Positions 1 through 7,815 of a stretch of DNA of 64,000 nt are shown in pieces. The notes beneath the pieces are model-generated. The model ran no database searches, had not been told where the DNA came from, and saw only the letters and a list, made by a program, of their open reading frames with translations. Position numbers and translations under genes: made by a program. The stretch covers positions 3,733 to 67,732 of the forward strand of contig CANPYE010000002.1 of the NCBI GenBank assembly GCA_947588005.1. The letters run 5' to 3'. Position 1 is the stretch's first letter, and the number at the start of each line of letters is the position of its first letter. The stretch comes from an uncultured Lachnospiraceae bacterium (GTDB lineage Bacteria; Bacillota; Clostridia; Lachnospirales; Lachnospiraceae).

Positions 1-1
1 G

Positions 2-655
2 CGGATCCACGCAATGAACCGCTTCGTCCGCTTCCTGACGGAATACGACAAAGACATGTGGCTGCCGTTAAAGGACTTCCGCCTCCACTCCGTAAAATTA
101 CAGAAAAAGTCCTTCTCCGACACCGTCATTTCCAATAAAGACTATGAATACATGAAACGGCGGCTGAAAAAGGACAAACGGATGACATGGTATTTCGTGG
201 TGCGTTTTCTCGGCGCCACCGGCGCACGGGTCAGCGAGCTGGCGCAGATCAAGGTGGAACATCTGGCGCTTGGCTATCTGGACCTGTATTCCAAGGGCGG
301 CAAGCTGCGGCGCATCTATTTTCCAGACTCCTTATCCGCCGAGGCCCTGGCCTGGTGCGAGACGAAGAACCGGAAAAGCGGCTTTCTTTTCATCAACCGG
401 CAGGGCCGCCCCATCTCCTCCCGCGGGATCCGCTGGCAGCTAAAGCATTACGCCCGGCTGTACGGAATCGACGAAAATACCGTCTATCCCCACTCCTTCC
501 GCCACCGCTTCGCCATCAATTTTCTGGCGCAGTTCAACGATATCTCGCTTCTGGCGGACCTGCTGGGGCATGAAAATATAGAGACCACCCGGATCTATCT
601 GACGAAAACCGGCAAAGAGCAGCAGGAGCTGCTGGACGAGCTCGTCACATGGTAG
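2..655 (+). CDS. Tyrosine recombinase/integrase, 5'-truncated by the window edge
   Basis: Catalytic motifs TGARVSEL, KGGK, HSFRH and LGHENIETTRIY; the frame stays open upstream of ATG 14 to the window start. Confidence 0.9.
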   Translation, partial: RIHAMNRFVRFLTEYDKDMWLPLKDFRLHSVKLQKKSFSDTVISNKDYEYMKRRLKKDKRMTWYFVVRFLGATGARVSELAQIKVEHLALGYLDLYSKGGKLRRIYFPDSLSAEALAWCETKNRKSGFLFINRQGRPISSRGIRWQLKHYARLYGIDENTVYPHSFRHRFAINFLAQFNDISLLADLLGHENIETTRIYLTKTGKEQQELLDELVTW

Positions 656-745
656 GCGGCTGCCGGAGCTTTCGCATCATCCGGTCACTCGGCCCGCGGC
701 TGCCGGAACTTTCGCACCAGCCGGTCACTCGGCCCGCGGCTGCTG
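656..745. repeat. 40-bp tandem repeat (about 2.3 copies) overlapping the cysE stop codon
   Basis: GCGGCTGCCGGA(G/A)CTTTCGCA..CCGGTCACTCGGCCC at 656 and 696, with a partial copy at 736. Confidence 0.85.
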
Positions 746-1369
746 CGCTTTCAGTTCCTCGATCTGTGCCTCCAGCTCTTTAAGCCGCTCCTCCATCCGG
801 CAGCACCGCTCCGCAGAGACCGCTTCCGACTGGCCGGACGGCAGACGCACGCCGTCCTTCTTTACCGGACGGGCGGGGACGCCCACCGCCGTCACATTGC
901 TCTCCAGCGGCTTTAAAAGGACCGCGTTGGCCGCAATGGTGCAGTTGTCGCCCACCTCGAAGGAGCCCAGGATCTTCGCCCCGGCGCCTACGGTTACATT
1001 ATTGCCCAGCGTAGGATGACGCTTGCCCTTCTGGGTCCCCACGCCGCCTAAAGTCACGCCCTGGTAAATGGTGCAGTTATCGCCTACGACCGCCGTCTCT
1101 CCGATCACAACGCCGCAGCCGTGGTCGATCAGGATCCCGTGCCCCAGCTGCGCGCCCGGATGGATCTCGATCAGCGTGAAGAACCGGGCGATCTGAGAGA
1201 TCAGCCTGGCGATAAAAAACATGTGATGCTTATAGAACCAATGGGCAAACCGGTGCCAGATCAGCGCGTGAACGCCCTGATACAGAAGAAGCACCTCCAG
1301 GGCGCTGCGCGCCGCCGGGTCCCGCTCCTGCACGGCTTTGACATCCAGCCATATATCTTTCAAAATCAT
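725..1369 (-). CDS. cysE: Serine O-acetyltransferase
   Basis: RDPAARS, IEIHPGA, IDHG.GVVIGETA, GVTLGG..KGKRHPTLG and hexapeptide repeats. Confidence 0.95.
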   Translation of the reverse strand: MILKDIWLDVKAVQERDPAARSALEVLLLYQGVHALIWHRFAHWFYKHHMFFIARLISQIARFFTLIEIHPGAQLGHGILIDHGCGVVIGETAVVGDNCTIYQGVTLGGVGTQKGKRHPTLGNNVTVGAGAKILGSFEVGDNCTIAANAVLLKPLESNVTAVGVPARPVKKDGVRLPSGQSEAVSAERCCRMEERLKELEAQIEELKAQQPRAE

Positions 1370-1401
1370 AATTCCATCCCTCTTACTCTGTACATAGCGC
1401 A

Positions 1402-1541
1402 GCCGGCAGCGGCGATGCGGCGCCGGCTTTTCCTCCGAAAAAACGCTCCGGACACAGCAGCCGGGCGCGGCCGGCAGCGGCGACGCAGCGCCGGCTTCTT
1501 CTCCGAAAAAACGCTCCGGACACAGCAGCCGGGCGCGGCCG
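1402..1541. repeat. 68-bp tandem duplication in the cysE 5' leader
   Basis: GCCGGCAGCGGCGA...CTCCGAAAAAACGCTCCGGACACAGCAGCCGGGCGCG at 1402 and 1470. Confidence 0.85.
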
Positions 1542-1557
1542 CTTTGCGCGTTCCATC

Positions 1558-1587
1558 AGTATATCATATTCCCATACAGCCTGACAA
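1558..1587 (-). promoter_or_regulatory. Putative sigma-A promoter of cysE
   Basis: TTGTCA-18 nt-TATACT with an extended TG on the minus strand. Confidence 0.5.
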
Positions 1588-1591
1588 GTAC

Positions 1592-1643
1592 CTTCTCCGC
1601 CGGGTCTTATTTGAATACTTCTCCGCCGGGTTCTATTTGAATA
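1592..1643. repeat. 26-bp tandem repeat spanning the stop codon of the PrcB-family gene
   Basis: CTTCTCCGCCGGGT(CT/TC)TATTTGAATA twice. Confidence 0.85.
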
Positions 1644-2088
1644 CCACCGGATCCTCAAGATACTCCGTCTTCACGATCACCAGCGGATAGGACGTCTCCT
1701 GCGCCGCCGGTTCCCCTTTTTCCGGTCCCTTAAGCTCCGTATCGATCACAATGGAGTTATCCGTCAGATACAGCTCATTTACCGTAATGCTGTAGCCGCC
1801 GGTACTCTGCGGTCCGTAGCCCACGACGATATACAGGTTCTGGTCGTCGCTGTAGGTCAGCTTAAACGGCTGCGTCTTCTTCTGCCCGATCAGCTCCTTA
1901 AGCTCCTGCGGCGCGTCGCCCTCTCCGATCACCGTAAATTCCAGGTCCCGCACCTTCTCATCGTCCGCCTTATCCAGAGTACACGCGCAAAGAAGCATTA
2001 CCGGAAACAGAAAAAGAAGCGCCAGCAGACTAAGCCTCCCGCCCCGTCTCGCGTATGTATCCGCTCCGTTTGATTCTGTCCTGTTCAT
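1633..2088 (-). CDS. PrcB C-terminal-domain lipoprotein
   Basis: Hydrophobic signal with Cys (LCAC); GPQSTGGYSI and SYPLVIVK resemble PrcB_C. Confidence 0.75.
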   Translation of the reverse strand: MNRTESNGADTYARRGGRLSLLALLFLFPVMLLCACTLDKADDEKVRDLEFTVIGEGDAPQELKELIGQKKTQPFKLTYSDDQNLYIVVGYGPQSTGGYSITVNELYLTDNSIVIDTELKGPEKGEPAAQETSYPLVIVKTEYLEDPVVFK

Positions 2089-2120
2089 AGTATCCCAGCC
2101 TTCCATGGTCTGATTTCTAC

Positions 2121-2151
2121 CATCCTATGCCGCGATACCCGAATAATATGA
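2121..2151 (-). promoter_or_regulatory. Putative sigma-E promoter
   Basis: TCATATT...CATAGGAT with 17 nt between ATA and CATA, matching the sigma-E consensus ATA-N16-18-CATAcanT. Confidence 0.55.
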
Positions 2152-2169
2152 AGCAATCGGCGAAAACCT

Positions 2170-3726
2170 CTACGCGTTTACGCCGTCTTCATACTTAAAA
2201 TAATCGAAATCCGCCGGTTTTCTGCTTCCGCAGCCGCCGTTATTGGCATAGATGCCCACCAGCGTCCCCGTATGCCGCTTCCGATCCTCAGGCACTCCCT
2301 CATCGCACAGATAAATGCAGTTCTCAAGAACCCCCGCGGTCTTCCAATCGCGGCCGTCATAGCTATAGGAAAATGTCCTGGTCAGTCCCTTCACATCCAC
2401 CGCCAGCCAGACCGCCGCTTCCTCCGGGGAAGGTATCTCCGCAATAAGCTCCTCGCCACGGTTTCGGTTGATCACCAGCTGCAGCTTTCTTCCGTCCTCA
2501 TAGCAGACGGCAAACCTCGCATACGTCACGGTACTGTAATAGCAGGTAAGACCCGCCTGTTCTCCGTTGCGGTCCGGATAAAATTCCACCTTTGTCTCCG
2601 CATGGTAGGACAGCTCCTGCTCTCTCCGCAGAAGCGTATTTTTGGCCCGGATCTCATCCAGCCTGCCGTCCCGCGTCCAGATCCGGAAATAGCCCGGCCG
2701 CTCCGTTAGCGACCAGGAGCCGTTATCCGGCGTCCTGACGAACTCCCACTCCCGGCGCAATTCCTTCTCATCGAAATCGTCCGCTGCCTGCGTCTCAAAT
2801 GTATGCTCCGGAAGTGCGGGCGCCGTCTGCTCGAGGCTTGGGCCCTTTCCGTAATTGATCGTGAACCATCCGTCGTCCAGCCACTGAACCGGATCCAGGG
2901 CCGTCTCCCGGCCGACCGTAGTGTAACGCCCTCCGTTCTGCCGGCCGCACAGATAATAGCACCACCACTGGCCATTCTGATCCTGCACGAGCTTGCCGTG
3001 CCCGGCCCTCTGGATCGGCGCGTCGGGATCCGTCTGCCGCATCACGGGATTGTAAGGAGATTCCTCATAGCGGCCGAACAGCTCCGTACTCCGCGCCACA
3101 TTGATCCCATGGCCGTAACCGGTCCCTCCTTCCGCCACCATGCAGTAATAGTATCCGGACTTTTTAAAGACGTGCGGGCCTTCCGAAGCGCGCTCCCCCG
3201 TCCCGTTCCAGACAGTCCTGCTTTCCCCGGTCACAGCCAGGCTGTCCTTCGAAAGAGGCACCGCCTGCGCCGCGCGGGCAATGATCATATACCGGCTCCC
3301 GTCTTCATCCGCGAAATGCGAAGGATCGATATTATCTTCTTCCAGGCAGACCGGCTTGCTGTAAGGACCCTCCGGCCTGTCCGACACCATGACAAGCTGC
3401 CGCCGCAGGACATTATTCCCCCGCAGGCCATCCCCATTCAGCCTGAGCGTCGCAAAAATATAGTATTTTCCGTCCACGCAGGAGATATCCGGCGCCCATA
3501 TCCCGTGAGAATCCTTAATGTCGCTTAAGTCCAGCCACTCGGGATTCGTGATGGCATGTCCTACGATATGCCAGTGTACCATATCCCTGGAATGGGAAAT
3601 GGGAATCGCCGGAAAATACTGGAAACTCGAATTTACCATGTAGAAATCATCGCCGACCCTGATAACGGAAGGATCCGGGAAGAATCCCCGCTGCACCGGA
3701 TTATGATAAACTCTTTCACCTCTCAT
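2170..3726 (-). CDS. GH43 beta-xylosidase/arabinofuranosidase
   Basis: NPVQRGFFPDPS, WAPD, IDP and EGPH motifs plus a C-terminal beta-sandwich; GGAGG before ATG 3726. Confidence 0.9.
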   Translation of the reverse strand: MRGERVYHNPVQRGFFPDPSVIRVGDDFYMVNSSFQYFPAIPISHSRDMVHWHIVGHAITNPEWLDLSDIKDSHGIWAPDISCVDGKYYIFATLRLNGDGLRGNNVLRRQLVMVSDRPEGPYSKPVCLEEDNIDPSHFADEDGSRYMIIARAAQAVPLSKDSLAVTGESRTVWNGTGERASEGPHVFKKSGYYYCMVAEGGTGYGHGINVARSTELFGRYEESPYNPVMRQTDPDAPIQRAGHGKLVQDQNGQWWCYYLCGRQNGGRYTTVGRETALDPVQWLDDGWFTINYGKGPSLEQTAPALPEHTFETQAADDFDEKELRREWEFVRTPDNGSWSLTERPGYFRIWTRDGRLDEIRAKNTLLRREQELSYHAETKVEFYPDRNGEQAGLTCYYSTVTYARFAVCYEDGRKLQLVINRNRGEELIAEIPSPEEAAVWLAVDVKGLTRTFSYSYDGRDWKTAGVLENCIYLCDEGVPEDRKRHTGTLVGIYANNGGCGSRKPADFDYFKYEDGVNA

Positions 3727-3810
3727 CTTTCTGCCTCCATTTTCTGCCGGATCCTTTTCTTCCTCCGGCAATCAACCTCTATTTTAATCCAGATTCGCTC
3801 ATTGTGCAAC

Positions 3811-3932
3811 GTATAAAAATGCAGAAAGTGTGCTGCCGGTTCCCTGCCCGCATGGAAATACAAAAAACGCGTCACCAGCGCATTGCCTGCATGGAAATGT
3901 AAAAAGAGCGTCACCGGCGCTCTTTTTGCATA
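3811..3932. repeat. Three tandem 39-bp units of a dispersed hairpin repeat family; the last unit is the likely spoIIID terminator
   Basis: Units start at 3811, 3850 and 3889 (GCATGGAAAT...GCGTCACC.GCGC); hairpin AAAAAGAGCG-TCACCGG-CGCTCTTTTT at 3901-3927. Confidence 0.85.
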
Positions 3933-3945
3933 CTGCGTTTACGAC

Positions 3946-4221
3946 CTATTCATCTTCCTTGCTGCACATCTGGAGCCGGTGCTGATACTTCTCCCGCGTC
4001 GCCAGCCCGCCGCGGATGTGCCGCTCAGACTTATTCACGTCCAATACGATGCGTGCGGCCGCCGCCAGGGATGGGTTGATATGTTCCAGTCTCTCCGTGA
4101 CGTCCTTATGCACTGTGGATTTCGAAATCCCGAACTTCTTCGCCGTCTGTCTCACCGTCGCGTTGTGGTTTATGATGTAATTGGCGATGTCCACCGCACG
4201 TTCTTCGATATAATCCTTCAA
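3946..4221 (-). CDS. spoIIID: Stage III sporulation transcription factor SpoIIID (TTG start)
   Basis: MKDYIEER..ATVRQTAKKFGISKSTVHKDVTERL..NKSERHIRGGLATREKY. Confidence 0.97.
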   Translation of the reverse strand: MKDYIEERAVDIANYIINHNATVRQTAKKFGISKSTVHKDVTERLEHINPSLAAAARIVLDVNKSERHIRGGLATREKYQHRLQMCSKEDE

Positions 4222-4277
4222 GGTGTCCCCCGAGAATGTTTTTTACATTCTATGAGGAGGCGGGGCGGGTTATGACA
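4107..4277. repeat. 171-bp direct repeat, copy A (spoIIID promoter plus first 38 codons)
   Basis: Matches 6306-6476 with 4 mismatches (offset 2199). Confidence 0.97.
4247..4275 (-). promoter_or_regulatory. Sigma-E promoter of spoIIID
   Basis: TCATA-16 nt-CATAGAAT; spoIIID is sigma-E dependent in Bacillus and Clostridia. Confidence 0.7.
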
Positions 4278-4341
4278 GCAATACCGTGAGTATATCCGCT
4301 ATGGTCGCTTCTCCTGCAGACTTGCTATACATCGTGCTCAT
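4270..4341 (-). pseudogene. Probable stub of a HEPN partner gene (23 codons, MSTMYSK...)
   Basis: Its ATG overlaps the MNT stop region as in coupled MNT-HEPN pairs; it runs into the spoIIID repeat. Confidence 0.35.
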
Positions 4342-4765
4342 ATACGACAACCCCCTCTCTCTCAGCTGTCTCGACAGCCGTTCCGGTCAAATAATCATAA
4401 TTCACAACATCCGCCCTGCCTTTTGTAACACTGGATGTCACGCTCCGCATATTCCCTGTAAACGGTCTCAGAACACCATCCTCATCATAACAATCATCCT
4501 TCCAGTCAATGCAGATATCCAGATCGCTGGTTACATCGCAATCATAACGAATCGAACTGCCAAAAATAATGATCTTTAACACCTCCGCATCGTTCCTGGC
4601 CGCTTTCACAATCTCACTTACCATTTTTTGTTTAATCGGATGAATTCTATTCACTTCACAAAAAGAATTCTTGTCCACGATACTGTTAAATTTCCAGTTT
4701 TTTTCCTTTCTTGCCGACAGATATTCTTTTGTCGTCACGGAACCACCATGAAGCCTTTGCCTCAC
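4325..4765 (-). CDS. Minimal nucleotidyltransferase (MNT) domain protein
   Basis: IIIFGSSIRYDCDVTSDLD fits GS-X10-DXD. Confidence 0.85.
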   Translation of the reverse strand: MRQRLHGGSVTTKEYLSARKEKNWKFNSIVDKNSFCEVNRIHPIKQKMVSEIVKAARNDAEVLKIIIFGSSIRYDCDVTSDLDICIDWKDDCYDEDGVLRPFTGNMRSVTSSVTKGRADVVNYDYLTGTAVETAEREGVVVYEHDV

Positions 4766-4795
4766 AGCGGTTCCCTTATTTATCTCTGCATCTCC

Positions 4796-4835
4796 ATTTT
4801 GCTGCTACAGTATGCACCGTGGACTTGGAAATTCC
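4796..4835 (-). other. Third, diverged spoIIID-core junction (att-like site)
   Basis: Encodes GISKSTVHT; 21/25 identity to the spoIIID core and 16/20 identity to the junction at 6291-6310. Confidence 0.75.
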
Positions 4836-5056
4836 CTTACGTCAAACAGGCTTTTACTTCCTTTTTCAGCCCATGACCTGACAGTCTCCGCTCGGCTTGC
4901 TATTTACCAAAAATAATTCCGCTTTCTATATCCCAGTTGTAAAATGAAATATTATTTTGAAATTTTGGCAATCGGGTTGAAAAATCAAATATTTTACAAT
5001 ATAATGAGAATGATTTTATATATCGTTTTGCAGCAATGCTGAACGGAGGAAAATGA

Positions 5057-5263
5057 ATGCCTATCTCATACAATAGATTGTGGAAACTGATGATTGATAA
5101 AAGCATAAATAAAACGAAGCTGCGCTCACAGGCTGGCATTTCATCCAACGCTATGGCAAAGCTCGGCAAAAATGAGTCCGTGCAGGTGGAAGTGCTGGTG
5201 AAAATATGCAACTGCCTTGGATGCACGATGGACGACATTATGGAAATTCTGTCGGAAGAATAA
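5057..5263 (+). CDS. Cro/C1-type (XRE) HTH regulator
   Basis: ISYNRLWKLMIDK..AGISSNAMAKLGKNESV..KIC..L.C...DI; GGAGG RBS. Confidence 0.9.
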   Translation: MPISYNRLWKLMIDKSINKTKLRSQAGISSNAMAKLGKNESVQVEVLVKICNCLGCTMDDIMEILSEE

Positions 5264-5327
5264 GTTCGGTTTTGGATACTGAAACTATTATGATAGGATT
5301 GCTTAACTATAATCGGAGGTACTGACC

Positions 5328-5375
5328 GTGGCTGAAAAAAACAACGCCAACATCGGCTTTGAAAAACAAATTTAG
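5328..5375 (+). pseudogene. hsdM: N-terminal stub of type I R-M methyltransferase
   Basis: GGAGGT RBS then GTG-AEKNNANIGFEKQI-stop, resembling the HsdM N-terminus of Firmicutes. Confidence 0.65.
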
Positions 5376-5380
5376 CGGCT

Positions 5381-5520
5381 TAGTCGGGATTATTTGTCTT
5401 TGGGGTTCCACCGCCTAAAACTCGGATTAAAGCCGTGAACGGTTGCCGATCCGTTGAATCATCGTAGTATTTACTGAAAATAGCCTGCGCTTGCTGCTCT
5501 AAATTATTGTTTATTACAGA
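5381..5520 (-). pseudogene. hsdS: Internal fragment of type I R-M specificity subunit
   Basis: INNNLEQQAQAIF (conserved helix) followed by LGGGTPKTNNPD (TRD start). Confidence 0.7.
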
Positions 5521-5607
5521 ACATTTAATAAAATAATATAATAGGAAACGTGCCGTTTCTCAATGTAGTTAATGGACTAAAATGTTTGCCCCAAAGGAGA
5601 TGATTTT

Positions 5608-5910
5608 ATGAGTGATACTGTATTTACAATAGAAAAAATTGTAGCCTTGGTAAAACCGTTGGCTGAAAAATATCAAGTTCAACAGATTTATCTGTTTGGG
5701 TCATACGCAAGGGGAGAAGCCGGTGCAGATAGTGATTTGGATTTTCTGGTATATGGGGGAGAAAATTTTAAACTTACTAAAATTTTTTCTCTCGCAGAAG
5801 AATTACGAGAAGTGTTGAATAAAAAAGTGGATGTGTTTGAAATTCACGAGATTAATATGGACAGTGATTTTTATAAGACAATCATGAAAGAAAGGTTGCT
5901 GGTGGCATGA
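5608..5910 (+). CDS. MntA-like nucleotidyltransferase antitoxin
   Basis: LFGSYARGEAGADSDLD; overlaps the HEPN gene (ATGA). Confidence 0.9.
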   Translation: MSDTVFTIEKIVALVKPLAEKYQVQQIYLFGSYARGEAGADSDLDFLVYGGENFKLTKIFSLAEELREVLNKKVDVFEIHEINMDSDFYKTIMKERLLVA

Positions 5911-6254
5911 AATATTCGGATCAACAACGTGTTCAAAAGATATATGATAATGCAGTAAAGCTTCATAATTATATCAAGGAAAATCATGTCAGCAAAGAAG
6001 ATTTGCTAAAGGAATTATCCCTGCAATGGCTTGTCACAACACCGTTGTATAATATAGGTGAACATGTCTATAACTTGTCAAAGAATTATAAAGAGTCGCA
6101 TCATGAAATTCAATGGGCGATGATTTCCGGACTCAGACATCGCCTGGTACATGATTACGATGGGACGAATTGGAACATCATCGCCGATGTTGTTTTCGAT
6201 GAGTTGCCGATTTTAATAACGCAATTAAAAGAAATTCTGGATAAAGATCAATAA
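5907..6254 (+). CDS. HepT-like HEPN (DUF86) RNase toxin
   Basis: NIGE and W.MISGLRHRLVHDY (R-X4-H-X-Y). Confidence 0.9.
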   Translation: MKYSDQQRVQKIYDNAVKLHNYIKENHVSKEDLLKELSLQWLVTTPLYNIGEHVYNLSKNYKESHHEIQWAMISGLRHRLVHDYDGTNWNIIADVVFDELPILITQLKEILDKDQ

Positions 6255-6288
6255 TTTTTGATTTCAAATACAGTCTTCAATAGCCGTT

Positions 6289-6420
6289 CTATTTTGTTAC
6301 TTCCGTATGCACTGTGGATTTCGAAATCCCGAACTTCTTCGCCGTCTGTCTCACCGTCGCGTTGTGGTTTATGATGTAATTGGCGATGTCCACCGCACGT
6401 TCTTCGATACAATCCTCCAA
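6289..6420 (-). pseudogene. spoIIID: Truncated spoIIID 5' copy (43 aa, MEDCIEER...SKSTVHTEVTK)
   Basis: Matches spoIIID to codon 38 apart from two missense changes, then diverges and stops. Confidence 0.9.
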
Positions 6421-6476
6421 GGTGTCCCCCGAGAATGTTTTTTACATTCTATGAGGGGGCGGAGCGGGTTATGACA
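6306..6476. repeat. 171-bp direct repeat, copy B (includes the sigma-E promoter at 6446-6474)
   Basis: Matches 4107-4277. Confidence 0.97.
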
Positions 6477-6478
6477 CC

Positions 6479-7579
6479 TTAATCCGCCCTAGCGAAGCCG
6501 GCCAGGAGACGTTCCAGGATGTACTGGAACAAAAGCGGAAGCGTGATTCCAAAAAACAGGTATACCAGCCGGAAATGCGGCGATTGGAAAGGAAGGAAGT
6601 AGTACCAAATATCTGTTTTGTACAGGCCGATCTGGAAATCATTAAACAGCGGAGTGAACTTAGCGATCACCGCCAGCGCCGTCTTTACGATCATTAACGC
6701 CATCAGATGATGCGTCATAACCGCATAGGTATGGCTTCCAAAATAAATGAGAAAGCGGCTTTTCTCAAGGGCCGGCACAAGAAGCTTTGAAACTCTGAGC
6801 CAGAAAGCGATGCCGCAGGCCGCCGCGATATACGGAACAACCGGATTTGTAAAATCATCGCAGAACGCGGCCACATATACCAGGCGGTATCCCCGTACAT
6901 GCAAAAAGAACTGAATGAGAAAAATTATGCCAAAATACAAAAAATGATTCTCGCTCCGAAAAGCCGCGCCCGCTTTGCGGTAACATATTCCCGCCTGATA
7001 AAACGGAAGGAAAAATAACGTCCGGACGACCGGCAGGTAAACGCCGGTATTTTTACCCGACATCGCAAGCATAACAGCCCCGATGCCTGCCACTAAATCA
7101 ATGAAAAGATATACCGCCTCATTTTGCAGAAATTTATAAAAAACGCGGTGTTCAAGGAGATTCACGATCTCAACGATAAACAGCGCCGGCACAAACCATG
7201 CCGCCAGATTATATATAAACTGATGGCCTGAAATGAACGGCTCGATAAAAAGATTGCGGAAGGTCATTACCCCTCCCATCGTAAAACCGGCCATATGCAG
7301 GATCTGGGCAATGCATCCGTAAATAAAATTGAAGATCAGGTACGGCAGCATAAGTCTGATGAATTTTCTCTTTATATATGCCCAAAGAGACCCGCAATGC
7401 TGATCTTTATAAAAACGCCCGGAAATAAAAAAGAACAGCGGCATATGAAAGGAATAATACGGAAAAAAGCCCTGCAAATCCAGATAATTGCTGTTTACAT
7501 GGCCATCTACGACAAAAAGCATTCCCAACGCGGACAGCAGCAAAAACTGCGGATCTAAACGCTTCGCATCCGTTTCCAT
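6479..7579 (-). CDS. Acyltransferase-3 family membrane O-acyltransferase
   Basis: VVDGH, YSFHMPLFFFISG, RL.LPY and WF motifs; multiple TM segments. Confidence 0.85.
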   Translation of the reverse strand: METDAKRLDPQFLLLSALGMLFVVDGHVNSNYLDLQGFFPYYSFHMPLFFFISGRFYKDQHCGSLWAYIKRKFIRLMLPYLIFNFIYGCIAQILHMAGFTMGGVMTFRNLFIEPFISGHQFIYNLAAWFVPALFIVEIVNLLEHRVFYKFLQNEAVYLFIDLVAGIGAVMLAMSGKNTGVYLPVVRTLFFLPFYQAGICYRKAGAAFRSENHFLYFGIIFLIQFFLHVRGYRLVYVAAFCDDFTNPVVPYIAAACGIAFWLRVSKLLVPALEKSRFLIYFGSHTYAVMTHHLMALMIVKTALAVIAKFTPLFNDFQIGLYKTDIWYYFLPFQSPHFRLVYLFFGITLPLLFQYILERLLAGFARAD

Positions 7580-7815
7580 AAGTTCTCCCGTATCTCTGTT
7601 TTATACGCTACGTTTCTTATTATACATGTATTTTCATATTTTTGGCAATATCAAACAGCAATTTGATCCACAGCGGTAGTCGAATCGTTTTTTTTAATTC
7701 AAGCTAACCTTTAAACAGTAACTTTGAATGTAGTTTATAAAATCTGAATGGGCCGCGAGGCTTTCAGCACAACGCCACCGGCCCGAAGGCCAGCGGCGTG
7801 TACGAATACTTTCTT

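Larger units (their letters stand above)
4278..6305. mobile_element. Decayed genomic island or tandem islands inserted at spoIIID
   Basis: AT-rich, bounded by 171-bp direct repeats, carries toxin-antitoxin and type I R-M relics, has no recombinase. Confidence 0.8.

Noticed and set aside
1370-1560. Possible T-box leader before cysE
   Set aside because: There is no T-box consensus (AGGGTGGNACCGCG); the structure is explained by a 68-bp duplication.
4837-4900. Short minus-strand frame ending next to the third spoIIID core, as a recombinase C-terminal remnant
   Set aside because: The position is suggestive but the roughly 20 residues have no recognisable motif.
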